Origin: Nitrospirota bacterium
Lineage (GTDB): Bacteria; Nitrospirota; Nitrospiria; Nitrospirales; Nitrospiraceae
Direction: 5' to 3'
Assembly (NCBI GenBank): GCA_963701855.1
Contig: CAVPBK010000006.1
Span: forward strand, 192,001 to 256,000
Length of the DNA stretch: 64,000 nucleotides
In this document: positions 20,193 to 30,249 of the stretch, one piece after another
Numbering within the stretch: the stretch's first letter is position 1
Layout: the number at the start of each line of letters is the position of its first letter
Program-made: the position numbers and the translations under genes
Notes under the pieces: generated by a model
What the model was told of the DNA's origin: nothing
Seen by the model: only the letters and a program-made list of their open reading frames with translations
Databases searched by the model: none

Positions 20193-20891
20193 ATGCTCAA
20201 ATTGATGCGTGAAGCGTCGCATAGCTATCCCTGGCTCCTCAAGTCCATCATGGGGATCATCGCGCTCGCATTCGTCATCACCATGGGCTGGTGGGGGTTC
20301 GGTGAACAGACCGGCTCCGTCGTCGCCTCAGTCGGAGATCTCAGTGTGTCCCGCGATGAGTTCCGACGTGCCTACGAGAATACCTATCGCTTCTATAAAG
20401 ACAAAGTCCCAGGAGAATTCAAAGACGAAACGATCAAGCAATTAGTGGTGGATCAACTCATCGACAATCGGACCTGGCTCATCGCGGCAAAAAACATGGG
20501 CCTCACAGTCGCTGACGACGAACTGCGTGAAGTTATCATGCAGATTCCAGATTTTCAAAAGAACAGCACATTCGATCCAGAGGCCTACCAACGGCTCCTC
20601 GCAGCGAATCATCTGACACCCGCGACATTCGAAGCGATGGAAGCGAAAGAAGTACTGAGCAATAAAGCCCGGATGATCATCCGCGACGCCGTGGCTCTTA
20701 CCCCTGCCGAGCTTGCCGAGGCGCAAGCCCTCACACTTCGGCAAACGGAATCAGACCCGGCAAAGGCCGCAGCCGGGAAGGACCGCGCCGTGCAGGACGT
20801 CCTCTTCCAAAAACAACAACGCGCACTGATGGCCTACACTGAGTCGCTCAAAACAACCATCCCCATCAAGATCAACCGAGAATTGCTCTAG
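20193..20891 (+). CDS. SurA N-terminal domain (PpiD-like) periplasmic chaperone
   Basis: N-terminal TM, VASVGD..VS..EF, G..V.D.EL..I..IP.FQ...FD. Confidence 0.8.
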   Translation: MLKLMREASHSYPWLLKSIMGIIALAFVITMGWWGFGEQTGSVVASVGDLSVSRDEFRRAYENTYRFYKDKVPGEFKDETIKQLVVDQLIDNRTWLIAAKNMGLTVADDELREVIMQIPDFQKNSTFDPEAYQRLLAANHLTPATFEAMEAKEVLSNKARMIIRDAVALTPAELAEAQALTLRQTESDPAKAAAGKDRAVQDVLFQKQQRALMAYTESLKTTIPIKINRELL

Positions 20892-20982
20892 CACCCCTCG
20901 TCAGAAACCATCAAGTCCTAACGTCTCAGGCGATCTTCAGCCGGAGCTTTCGGACTTGTCGGCTTATGACTTTCAGGCTCTG

Positions 20983-21232
20983 TCAGCAGGCTGCAGAAAA
21001 ACTCAGTTTATGCACAATACGCCGTTGGAATCTGACAGAATGGTCTGATAAAAATAGCCGCAGGGTGCTCAAAAAGGCTGTCCAGCAAGGCCGCAGCGAG
21101 TGAAGACCGGAGACGTCCCCTCTGGGTACGTTGAGGATCTGAACGATGCGAGAACGCCGCATGGGAAAAGGCGCATCTCGGCGCGCCAGAGTTGGGCGGG
21201 TGAGAAAAACGACTTTTTCAGTATCCTGCTAG
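20983..21232. repeat. MITE/REP-like palindromic element, copy 1
   Basis: Ends AGCAGGCTGCAGAAAAA ... TTTTTCAGTATCCTGCTAG; shares blocks with 41771-42053. Confidence 0.75.
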
Positions 21233-22248
21233 AGAATCAACATCGCATCGCCATAACTATAGAAACGGTACCGTTCGCGAACCGCTTCCGCATAGGCCTG
21301 TCGAAGACATTCGGTCCCGGTCAATGCGGAGACCAGCATCAACAACGTGGTACGTGGCAAGTGAAAATTCGTGAGGAGGGCATTGACTACCTTGAACGGA
21401 AATCCTGGTGTCATAAACATATTTGTTTCTCCACGATAGGGCCGGATCTGGCCGACCGCGCAAGCTGCTGTTTCGAGTGCGCGTACGACGGTGGTCCCGA
21501 CAGCGACAATTCGTTTCCCTGTTGCTCGAACCTGCTCAATGGCACGCACCGCCTCTGCTCCGACCTCGATCCATTCTGCGCCCATCCGATGGTCTTCGAT
21601 CTGATCAACCGTCACCGGCTTGAAGGTTCCAACGCCGACATGGAGCGTGACGGTCGCAAGACCGATCCCCCGCTGTTGCAGCCGTGCCAGTAGCTGCGGT
21701 GTGAAATGGAGTCCGGCAGTCGGCGCCGCAATTGCACCCTCATGCTGCGCGAACAGGGTCTGGTACCATTCGCGATCCTGGTCGGTCGGTGCCCGTTTCA
21801 TGTAAGGTGGAAGTGGCATTCGACCATGTTGCCGCAGCCATTCAGACAACGGAATCGGACTTTCGACTCGAACCGTCGTTCTGGTCTCGCCACGCTCAAC
21901 CACCACAGCCACAGCCTCTGAACCCATCTCAATAATCTGTCCCGGTCGAAACGTTCCCTTGATCAGCACTTCCCACATCGCATCGCCGAGATCCTTCACA
22001 AAGAGGATCTCGACTTTCGCGCCGGAAGGACGCTTTAATCCAGCCACGCGCGCGGCCAATACCTTTGTGTCGTTGGCCACGAGGAGGTCGCCTGCCTGAA
22101 GAAGATCGGGCAACGCGTCGATGCGGTGATGGGCGAGCGAGCAATCGACACGCTGCAAAGTGAGCAGCCTGGCGTGATCGCGCGGGAGGGTTGGGTGAGA
22201 GGCAATCAGCGAGGAATCAAAGGGAAAGTCGAATTCTGAGAGCTGCAT
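21229..22248 (-). CDS. queA: S-adenosylmethionine:tRNA ribosyltransferase-isomerase
   Basis: PLPPY, AAPTAGLHF, TLHVG.GTF, TNFHLP, YRFYSYGD. Confidence 0.97.
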   Translation of the reverse strand: MQLSEFDFPFDSSLIASHPTLPRDHARLLTLQRVDCSLAHHRIDALPDLLQAGDLLVANDTKVLAARVAGLKRPSGAKVEILFVKDLGDAMWEVLIKGTFRPGQIIEMGSEAVAVVVERGETRTTVRVESPIPLSEWLRQHGRMPLPPYMKRAPTDQDREWYQTLFAQHEGAIAAPTAGLHFTPQLLARLQQRGIGLATVTLHVGVGTFKPVTVDQIEDHRMGAEWIEVGAEAVRAIEQVRATGKRIVAVGTTVVRALETAACAVGQIRPYRGETNMFMTPGFPFKVVNALLTNFHLPRTTLLMLVSALTGTECLRQAYAEAVRERYRFYSYGDAMLIL

Positions 22249-23477
22249 CAGAAAGACGGCGGGGTCGGAGCTTTAGTCAGTGTCATATTCTGCAATTCTG
22301 TCCCTGGATAATAATACTGAAGAATCGTGGAGAAGGGATAGCCCAATTCAGCCAATTCCTTCGCACCCCATTGGCACATGCCAACGGCGTGGCCAGCGCC
22401 GAAACCAGAAAGCACCACATCTCGGCCGATCGATTCGATAGCAAACTGCGTGCTGGGGATGATGGTGTAGCCGACGGCTTTCCGTAACTCCTCTCCACGA
22501 AGAACCAATTCTCCACCAGAGTGGAGAATACGAAGCTTCGCGACTCGCCCTCCACGGCTAAACGACAACGGGGTGATCGTTGCGATGGTGCCAACGGAAA
22601 ACCCCTGCTGCCGCAAATTCTGCTCAAGGATGTCGAGTTTAAAGGAGGACCTCCATTGATAGTAGGGCGACATAAGATCGAAGGGGCACTCCACGCCCTT
22701 GAGATAGGGATACTCTTTCGACCACACATTCATGGCATCTTCCGTCAGTCCGGCAGCCGTCGATGAGAACGCTGCATAGATCGGCGCATCCTGGTAGGTC
22801 ACAACCAGCCCACGTGTTTCTTCGACCGCGCGAAGAATTCCAGCATCAACCCCCTGCTTCCCGCGATAGACTTGGTCTTGCACCGTCGCCGCGACGTCGT
22901 ACTCTCGCGTCGCGCTCAGCATCTGCTGATAGAGTGCATAGGTCCTGGCTGCAACCGCCTGTGCTTTCAACATCTCCGGATGCCAGGTTGAACTGACCTC
23001 GGCGGGAACCACCCCTTTGACGTATTCTTCGATATCCACCAGATTAATGACCAGAAACCCGTTGCCTCTTCGCACGAGATGGACAGCACCGCTCACCGAA
23101 ATCTCTACACCGGAGTCACCCGATGACACCGCTGTTCCGTTGGGCCTCCGAGAAAAACGTGGAAAGGTCAGCGTGAGACCTTGCTCTCCAGCCTGCAGCG
23201 TCAGCTGATCCGTCTGCATGCGGACACCATTCAGCAAAAACCCCGTTTCTTCGACTGCAACCTGGACCGACGCACGCAGAGTCTGACTATGACCTTTTGC
23301 ATCCGTCGCCCACAACGGACTGTCTGCACGCATATCGAGCCCTAGCACGTCGGACGATAGCAGAACTCTGATCGACTGCGCTGCCTCGACCCCCGAAGAC
23401 AGAACAAGAACGAATGCTCCTGCCGCGATGGCCCGGCACAATCCACCTCTCAATTGCTTCACCGGCGAAAAATCCAT
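22248..23477 (-). CDS. SpoIID/LytB domain lytic transglycosylase
   Basis: EEYVKGVVPAE, LKAQAVAARTY, DQVY, GHAVGMCQWGA, IL.YYYPG; start uncertain. Confidence 0.9.
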   Translation of the reverse strand: MDFSPVKQLRGGLCRAIAAGAFVLVLSSGVEAAQSIRVLLSSDVLGLDMRADSPLWATDAKGHSQTLRASVQVAVEETGFLLNGVRMQTDQLTLQAGEQGLTLTFPRFSRRPNGTAVSSGDSGVEISVSGAVHLVRRGNGFLVINLVDIEEYVKGVVPAEVSSTWHPEMLKAQAVAARTYALYQQMLSATREYDVAATVQDQVYRGKQGVDAGILRAVEETRGLVVTYQDAPIYAAFSSTAAGLTEDAMNVWSKEYPYLKGVECPFDLMSPYYQWRSSFKLDILEQNLRQQGFSVGTIATITPLSFSRGGRVAKLRILHSGGELVLRGEELRKAVGYTIIPSTQFAIESIGRDVVLSGFGAGHAVGMCQWGAKELAELGYPFSTILQYYYPGTELQNMTLTKAPTPPSF

Positions 23478-23713
23478 GTTATCAAGTAGAATACCAGACT
23501 TAAGATGATGCTCAGGAGCAGGCTGGTTGCGAGCGGAAATGAGAAGCTGAAGTTATCTCGTCGAATGGAGATGTCGCCGGGAAGCTTGCCGAACCAGCCC
23601 AAGAGGCTCCCAACTCCTGGAATACGGTCTGCAATTAACATCAACAAGCCAACCAACACCACGCATAGCCCGACTCCAATGATGACCTTGCCTAGATTTC
23701 CCCACTCAGTCAT
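23459..23713 (-). CDS. DUF2905 family small membrane protein
   Basis: GKLPGDI.I.R.NF.F.FPL.TSLLLS pattern. Confidence 0.85.
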   Translation of the reverse strand: MTEWGNLGKVIIGVGLCVVLVGLLMLIADRIPGVGSLLGWFGKLPGDISIRRDNFSFSFPLATSLLLSIILSLVFYLITWIFRR

Positions 23714-24729
23714 CAGCCTTGAACTAAATGTTCTGCGATTTGTACCGCATTGAGCGCGGCCCCTTTGCGCAAATTATCCGCTACCACCCACAGATTGAGC
23801 CCGTTGGCGATCGATTCATCTTCGCGAACGCGGCCGACATACACCTCATCCTTCCCGGCCACCTCCAACGGCATGGGATAGATCTTGTGTGCCGGATCGT
23901 CATAGAGCAACACGCCGGGCGCGGTGGAGAGAATGGCACGGGCATCGTTGGCCGATAACTTTCGCTCCGTCTCAATATTAACCGCTTCCGAATGTCCGAC
24001 ATACACCGGGACCCGCACGGTCGTCGCCGTCACATAAATCGACTCGTCACCCATGATCTTCCTCGTCTCATGGACCATCTTCATCTCTTCCTTCGTGTAC
24101 CCTGAAGGCAGAAAGTCGTCAATCTGAGGCAAACAATTGAATGCGATCTGATAGGGGTAGACCTTGGGACTCGCCGGCTTAAAGCTCAGCAGATCTTGGC
24201 ATTCCGTCATAAGCTCATCCATAGCATCTTTTCCCGTACCAGAGACCGATTGAAAAGTCGTGACGACAATCCGCTTGATCCTGGCCTCATCATGCAAGGG
24301 TTTCAACGCCACGACCATTTGAATCGTAGAACAATTCGGATTGGCGATGATCCCCTTGTGTCGTTGAATGTCGCGTGCGTTCACCTCCGGCACCACAAGC
24401 GGCACGTCAGGGGTCATCCTCCAAGCGGCGCTATTATCAATCACCACAGCACCAGCCTTCACTGCGATCGGAGCGAACTCTCGACTAAGATCTGCCCCGG
24501 CAGAAAACAGTGCGATGTCCACGCCGACAAACGAGTCCTTCGTCAACACCTCGACGGTAACCTCGTTTCCTTCAAATGTCACCGTACCGCCAGCCGACCG
24601 AGTCGATGCGAGCGGCACCAGGCGTGCAACGGGAAACTTTCGCTCCTCAAGCACCTCGATCATTTCGGTGCCCACCGCCCCGGTGGCGCCGACGACCGCC
24701 ACGACATACCCGAACTGTTTTTTCACCAT
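23713..24729 (-). CDS. asd: Aspartate-semialdehyde dehydrogenase
   Basis: GATGAVG, NPNCST, DNLRKGAALN. Confidence 0.97.
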   Translation of the reverse strand: MVKKQFGYVVAVVGATGAVGTEMIEVLEERKFPVARLVPLASTRSAGGTVTFEGNEVTVEVLTKDSFVGVDIALFSAGADLSREFAPIAVKAGAVVIDNSAAWRMTPDVPLVVPEVNARDIQRHKGIIANPNCSTIQMVVALKPLHDEARIKRIVVTTFQSVSGTGKDAMDELMTECQDLLSFKPASPKVYPYQIAFNCLPQIDDFLPSGYTKEEMKMVHETRKIMGDESIYVTATTVRVPVYVGHSEAVNIETERKLSANDARAILSTAPGVLLYDDPAHKIYPMPLEVAGKDEVYVGRVREDESIANGLNLWVVADNLRKGAALNAVQIAEHLVQG

Positions 24730-24744
24730 GAGCCTCGGCCCTAC

Positions 24745-25956
24745 CTACTGCGCGATCTCGCGAATGCAATGATTGAACGTATCAGCCACAAGCACATGCC
24801 CTGCGCGATCCAGCACGATGCCAAACGGATAGCTTAAGCCGGCTTCGAGAGCCGCGCCCCCATCGCCTCCATAGTTGGCCACACCCACACCGGCAATGCG
24901 CTCAATACGCCCGGTGATTCGGTCCCATCGCCGTACCAGATGATTGTCCGAGTCAGTTATGTAGAGATTCCCCCCTTCATCCAACGCAATTCCCGATGGC
25001 CGGGAGAGACTATTACTGGACGGTTCATCCGGCCCCTGGTACCGATATTCACCGCCGTCCCCTACCACAGTTCGTATGAGACCAGTGACAGGATCGACAG
25101 CACGGATCCTTCCATTGAAGCTATCGGAAATGAATAGTGTGCCATCTGATGCCAGCGCCAATCCGCATGGACCGGCCAGACCGGTTTCTGTCGCAGCCAC
25201 ACCGTCTCCATTATACACAGCCATTCCTGTCCCTGCGACCGTACAAATCACTCCGGTGGCCAAATCCACCGCCCTCACGCGGTTATTGTTCTGATCGGCA
25301 ATATAGAGGATGCCTCCCTCGCTCAATGCTAAAGCAGCCGGCTCATTCAACCCGGCCTCCACGGCCAATCCTCCATCACCAGAGCACCGAGCCCGGCCCA
25401 GGCCAGCGACCGTCGAGATCATCCCGGTCGCGGCATCCACCCGCCGTACCCGATGGTTTAGCGTGTCCGCAATGTAGAGATGCCCTGCCCGATCGACCAC
25501 TACCGCAGTCGGAAAATTCAACAGCGCATGATCCGCAGGACCACCATCACCACTGAATCGTGTAGCCGGTGCTGTACCGGTCGCAATGTAACGCACAGTC
25601 CCACTCAGGTCCGTCTGTTGAGTAACGGCGTGCAAATTGACGCTGCCGCACTCAGCAAAAGGATCACCATCCACTCCCTCAGCAGCCGGAACGGGCAAAA
25701 CGGGTTTCGCTCCTGCTTCAAACGCCTGAATACGGCCCGCGACCGTCTTGATACGGTTGGTCTTCCGGTCGATCTTCCGAACGACGTGGTTCTCAGAGTC
25801 AGCGATAAATAGGTTTCCCTCTGCGTCGAGGGTGAGACTCTTCGGCTCATTCAGACGAGCCGCACAGGCCGTAGCCCCATCACCGGACCAGCCTGAGTCT
25901 CCGGTACCGACAACGGTCTGGATCAATCGAGTTTTGAGATCTATCTTCATCTGCAT
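24745..25956 (-). CDS. NHL-repeat beta-propeller protein
   Basis: About six GDGG.A..A.L..P.G...D..G.LYIAD..N.RVR repeats. Confidence 0.9.
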   Translation of the reverse strand: MQMKIDLKTRLIQTVVGTGDSGWSGDGATACAARLNEPKSLTLDAEGNLFIADSENHVVRKIDRKTNRIKTVAGRIQAFEAGAKPVLPVPAAEGVDGDPFAECGSVNLHAVTQQTDLSGTVRYIATGTAPATRFSGDGGPADHALLNFPTAVVVDRAGHLYIADTLNHRVRRVDAATGMISTVAGLGRARCSGDGGLAVEAGLNEPAALALSEGGILYIADQNNNRVRAVDLATGVICTVAGTGMAVYNGDGVAATETGLAGPCGLALASDGTLFISDSFNGRIRAVDPVTGLIRTVVGDGGEYRYQGPDEPSSNSLSRPSGIALDEGGNLYITDSDNHLVRRWDRITGRIERIAGVGVANYGGDGGAALEAGLSYPFGIVLDRAGHVLVADTFNHCIREIAQ

Positions 25957-25968
25957 CGAGAGTCTAGC

Positions 25969-27042
25969 TTAGCTCAGATTACGCAGGATGGCCTCGCCCA
26001 TCTCTGTTGTGCTGACCAGGCGAGTACCCGGACTATGAATATCTTTCGTGCGATAGCCGAGATCCAGGGTTTTCATGATCGCTTGCTCGATGGCAGCGGC
26101 TTCCTTCTCCAACTTGAATCCATAAGACAGCATCATCGCCGCCGAGGCAATCGTCGCAATGGGATTTGCCACATTTTTCCCTGCAATGTCCGGCGCGCTG
26201 CCATGAATCGGCTCGAACAGTCCGACCTGCGCACCAATACTAGCCGACGGCAGCATACCGATGGACCCGGTCAACATCGCGGCCTCATCGCTCAAAATAT
26301 CGCCAAATATATTGTTGCAAAGCATCACATCGAACTGCCGCGGGTTGCGCACGAGTTGCATCGCCGCATTGTCGACATAGATATGACTCAACTCTACATC
26401 TCGATAATCATTGTGAACGTCGGTGACTACACGACGCCACAGTTCGGATGACTCCAGCACGTTCGCTTTGTCGACGGACATCACTTTTTTTCGGCGTTTT
26501 CTCGCTGCCTCGAACGCGACTTTCGCAATGCGTTGGATTTCTTCAGTGGTATAGACCTCAGTGTTGACACCCCGCTCACTCCCATTCGGCAGCTTCTCGA
26601 TCCCTTTTGGTTTTCCAAAGTAGATGCCGCCGGTCAGTTCCCGGATGACGAGGATATCAATCCCTTCGATCACGTCACGTTTCAGCGTGGAGGCATCGGC
26701 CAACATCGGGTACAACTTCGCCGGCCGTAAATTCGCGTAGAGACCCAGTTGCTCGCGCAATCCCAACAACGCGCGCTCTGGACGCAGGCTATACTCCAAC
26801 CCCTCCCACTTAGGGCCACCAACCGCACCGAGTAAGACGGCATCGCTCTGTTTGGCCAAGGTCAGCGTTTCCTGAGGGAGCGGGACACCCACTTTGTCGA
26901 TAGCCTGCCCACCGACATCACCGGACAGGAACTCAAGTGTGTGCTGGAACTTCTCGGCCACAGCTTTCAGCACCTTCACGGCCTCAGGAACGATCTCCCG
27001 ACCTACTCCATCACCAGCTAGTACAGCAATCGTTGCTTTCAC
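25969..27042 (-). CDS. leuB: 3-isopropylmalate dehydrogenase
   Basis: [34 protein letters not shown] start after GGAG. Confidence 0.97.
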   Translation of the reverse strand: MKATIAVLAGDGVGREIVPEAVKVLKAVAEKFQHTLEFLSGDVGGQAIDKVGVPLPQETLTLAKQSDAVLLGAVGGPKWEGLEYSLRPERALLGLREQLGLYANLRPAKLYPMLADASTLKRDVIEGIDILVIRELTGGIYFGKPKGIEKLPNGSERGVNTEVYTTEEIQRIAKVAFEAARKRRKKVMSVDKANVLESSELWRRVVTDVHNDYRDVELSHIYVDNAAMQLVRNPRQFDVMLCNNIFGDILSDEAAMLTGSIGMLPSASIGAQVGLFEPIHGSAPDIAGKNVANPIATIASAAMMLSYGFKLEKEAAAIEQAIMKTLDLGYRTKDIHSPGTRLVSTTEMGEAILRNLS

Positions 27043-27082
27043 AGACCACTCTCCCTCTGTATGAGATATGACCGCACAAGCT

Positions 27083-27466
27083 CTATTCCAGAACTTCCTC
27101 ATCCTCTAGTCGCCAAGCAGGATCGACCAAGCAGAGAAACTCGATGGCAGTGGTTCCACTATTTTCCAGAGACTGCTTGCCTCCAGGCGGCACATAGATG
27201 ACGGAACCTGGATTCACCTCGACGACCGAGTCGTCTATGGTCATTCGTCCCTGGCCAGCGATAATGTAGTAGACCTCTGAGGAGGTCAGCCTGTGCCATT
27301 TAGACCGAGCGCCGGGAGCCAAGGTTCCATGCGCCATACTATATCCAAGCCCGAGTGTTTGTTTTCCCGGATGCAGCAGCTCTCGCAGGAAGGTATGGTC
27401 GCCGGCCAGAAACTCCGGACGATCTGCCAAGGTGACGTGAACCACGGGGCACCTCAGATCCAACAA
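27083..27466 (-). CDS. Cupin domain protein
   Basis: H....EVYYII.G.G...G...Y.P.G cupin motifs. Confidence 0.85.
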   Translation of the reverse strand: MLDLRCPVVHVTLADRPEFLAGDHTFLRELLHPGKQTLGLGYSMAHGTLAPGARSKWHRLTSSEVYYIIAGQGRMTIDDSVVEVNPGSVIYVPPGGKQSLENSGTTAIEFLCLVDPAWRLEDEEVLE

Positions 27467-27517
27467 TATATTTCCGGTCTCATGTCGGGACCGCTGACTG
27501 TATCGTGGTGACTTTCC

Positions 27518-29065
27518 CTAAATCAAGTTCACCTTCTGTTCGCCCTGCGCCTGTTTTCCTGCCAAGTACGACAGCTTATTCAGCGCATTGAGATAGGCCC
27601 GCGCTGAGGCCATGATAATATCCGTATCCGCCCCATGGCCCGAGACGGTGCGCCCACCTTCTTGAACCCGGACCGAGACTTCGCCTTGGGCGTCAGTCCC
27701 ACCGGTAATCGCCTTGACGACATACATGAGAAGCGTACTCTTTGTCTGCGTGATGGCGGCAATCGTCCGATAGACCGCATCAACCGGCCCATCGCCTGTC
27801 CCGGTCTGCGAGATCATTCGTCCGTCGATCTCGAGTTTGACCGTGGCGGTCGGCACCTGATCCGTCCCGCTGGCCACATGGAACGACTTCAGTGTGATCC
27901 GATCGGCCATCTTGGCCAACTCTTCGGAGACAATGACTTCGAGATCCTCTTCGTAGATCTCCCTCTTCTGATCAGCCAGCTTTTTAAATCGCTCGAATGC
28001 ATGGTTGACCTCTTCGTCCGAGAGCGTATACCCTAACTCCACCAGCCTCTGTCGAAACGCGTGCCGGCCTGAAAGCTTCCCCATAACCATCTTGCTCTCA
28101 ACCAGACCAATCGTCTCCGGTCGTATAATTTCGTAGGTCGTCTTGTCCTTCAGCAGACCGTCTTGGTGAATGCCGGACGTGTGGGCAAAGGCATTGGCTC
28201 CGACAATCGCTTTGTTCGGCTGCACCACCATGCCGGTGATTTTGCTGACCAATCGACTGGTCTTCGAAATCTCTTCGGTGCGAATCTTCGTGTCTGCTTG
28301 ATAGAAATCCTTCCTGGTCCGAAGCCCCATGACAATTTCTTCCAATGCAGTATTCCCTGCCCGTTCGCCAATTCCGTTGATCGTGCATTCGACTTGGCCT
28401 GCCCCTTCGAACACCGCCGCCAAGCTATTCCCTACGGCCAGGCCCAAATCATTGTGACAATGGACGGAAATCACCGCCTTGGCACTATTTGATACCTGCT
28501 CGCGAATGCCACGAATAAGCCGGCCGAATTCTTGTGGCACTGCATAGCCGACCGTATCAGGAATATTGATCGTCCCGGCTCCTGCGGCAATCACCGCCTC
28601 GATCACCTCATAGAGATAGGCAGGATCGGAGCGACTGGCATCCATGGGAGAAAACTCCACATCGTCCACATAGCCCCGTGCCCGTTGCACCATCTCCACC
28701 GCGCGCCTCTTCGCCTCATCGCGTGTCATTCTAAACTGGTGCTTCAAATGGATATCCGAGGTCGAGAGAAACGTATGAATCCGGACCTTCTGAGCCCCCT
28801 TCAATGCCTCCCAAGCTCGATCGATATCTTCCGGACGCGCCCGCGCCAAGCTACAAATCGTCGGCCCCTCGACTTCCTGAGCAATCCGCCGCACCGCTTC
28901 AAAATCTCCAGGAGAACTATAGGCAAATCCTGCTTCGATGATATCGACCCCCAACCGTGCCAGCTGCTTCGCCACCATGATTTTCTCTTCCACATTCATG
29001 CTAGCCCCTGGCGATTGCTCGCCGTCTCGCAAGGTCGTGTCGAAAACTCGTATCATGCGTGTCAT
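27518..29065 (-). CDS. leuA: 2-isopropylmalate synthase
   Basis: DTTLRDGEQ, HCHNDLG, GIGERAGN, SGIHQDG, C-terminal regulatory domain. Confidence 0.97.
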   Translation of the reverse strand: MTRMIRVFDTTLRDGEQSPGASMNVEEKIMVAKQLARLGVDIIEAGFAYSSPGDFEAVRRIAQEVEGPTICSLARARPEDIDRAWEALKGAQKVRIHTFLSTSDIHLKHQFRMTRDEAKRRAVEMVQRARGYVDDVEFSPMDASRSDPAYLYEVIEAVIAAGAGTINIPDTVGYAVPQEFGRLIRGIREQVSNSAKAVISVHCHNDLGLAVGNSLAAVFEGAGQVECTINGIGERAGNTALEEIVMGLRTRKDFYQADTKIRTEEISKTSRLVSKITGMVVQPNKAIVGANAFAHTSGIHQDGLLKDKTTYEIIRPETIGLVESKMVMGKLSGRHAFRQRLVELGYTLSDEEVNHAFERFKKLADQKREIYEEDLEVIVSEELAKMADRITLKSFHVASGTDQVPTATVKLEIDGRMISQTGTGDGPVDAVYRTIAAITQTKSTLLMYVVKAITGGTDAQGEVSVRVQEGGRTVSGHGADTDIIMASARAYLNALNKLSYLAGKQAQGEQKVNLI

Positions 29066-29120
29066 GCTTTCACCTCTCTGGTCTTATGAGATTGCACAAA
29101 ATGCCTTTCCAGCAATCTCA

Positions 29121-29378
29121 AATAAAAAAGCCTCCGTCCCTACGCCCAGGGACGGAGGCTTTGAGAAGCTCCGTGGTACCACCCTGATTTAGCCATGAGC
29201 AACGTCGCTGCTCACAGCCCTTCGTTACGCCCTGTCACGGGGGCGAGACGGAATCCATTACTCAAGGTTCACGGATTCTGGCTCAGAGGCGAGTTCGGCG
29301 CCGCGCAGGCTGGTTTGCACCATTCACCAGCTCTCTCGCTGCTGTGCGTATCGCGTACTACTCCTCGTCGCAGCCATT
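29121..29378 (-). promoter_or_regulatory. T-box riboswitch (Leu specifier) with terminator
   Basis: Minus strand: stem I AGAGA motif, GAA-CUC specifier (29293-29291), T-box AGGGUGGUACCACGG (29185-29171), terminator GCCUCCGUCCCU/AGGGACGGAGGC plus U-run. Confidence 0.92.
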
Positions 29379-29442
29379 AGCAGGATACTGAAACGTCTAC
29401 TAGCTTCGTCTTCGCATACCAAAATAGTGTTTCACCAGTCTA

Positions 29443-30249
29443 TTAGTACTTCGATTCCGTCACCGACTGCTCAGGCTTAGGCGACGGACGCCTCCCAGTC
29501 ACCTTAGATAGAAGGCCGACGAGCCGTTCTGCCGGACCGAGCAAGGCGTATCCGGAAAAAATGACAAATAGCATAACTTGGGGCCAGGCGGCTACGAGCA
29601 TGAGCGCCAAAATTCCCCAGACGAGATACGTAATATGTTGACCACCTCGAAACTTCATGTCTTTAAAGCTCCGATACTTGATGGTGCTCACCATCAGGAA
29701 CGAAAGGGTCAGCGTAATAATCAGGACAAGGAGAGGTTTCACTTCCGTTCCAATCCTGACGCTATAATGGTCGAAAATCACAAGCGACGCCACAACCCCT
29801 GCCGCTGCAGGAATGGCTAAGCCGGTAAAGTACTTGCCGTCCGGAACGGATGTAGTCGAGTTAAACCGGGCCAACCGAACCGCACCCATCGCCACATAAG
29901 CAAACATCACCGCCATACCGAACATACCCTGTCCGCTCAGCGCCCAGGAATATATCAAGAGGCCCGGAGCAACTCCGAACGACACCACATCGGACAATGA
30001 GTCGTATTCAAAGCCGAAATGGCTGGTACTGTTCGTCAACCGTGCGGACTTTCCATCAAGCACGTCGAAGACCATAGCCACCAGGATGGCGACCGCTGCG
30101 ACCATGTAGTCTGCATTGAACACGGACAACATCGAAAACACGCCACACAATAGATTCCCTGTCGTAAAAAGATTCGGAATCAAGTGCATGGCGGCTTTAC
30201 GCCGCTTCCCATCTCTTCCAAATGATTGCCGAAGTCCCATGGGTTTCAC
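29443..30249 (-). CDS. pssA: CDP-diacylglycerol--serine O-phosphatidyltransferase
   Basis: PNLFT, DVLDG..AR......FG..YDSLSD, RLARFN. Confidence 0.95.
   Translation of the reverse strand: MKPMGLRQSFGRDGKRRKAAMHLIPNLFTTGNLLCGVFSMLSVFNADYMVAAVAILVAMVFDVLDGKSARLTNSTSHFGFEYDSLSDVVSFGVAPGLLIYSWALSGQGMFGMAVMFAYVAMGAVRLARFNSTTSVPDGKYFTGLAIPAAAGVVASLVIFDHYSVRIGTEVKPLLVLIITLTLSFLMVSTIKYRSFKDMKFRGGQHITYLVWGILALMLVAAWPQVMLFVIFSGYALLGPAERLVGLLSKVTGRRPSPKPEQSVTESKY

Noticed and set aside
21100..21693. ORFs starting in or spanning the repeat elements (also 41822-42229)
   Set aside because: They derive from repeat sequence plus the antisense strand of queA or hinT, and show no transposase motifs.
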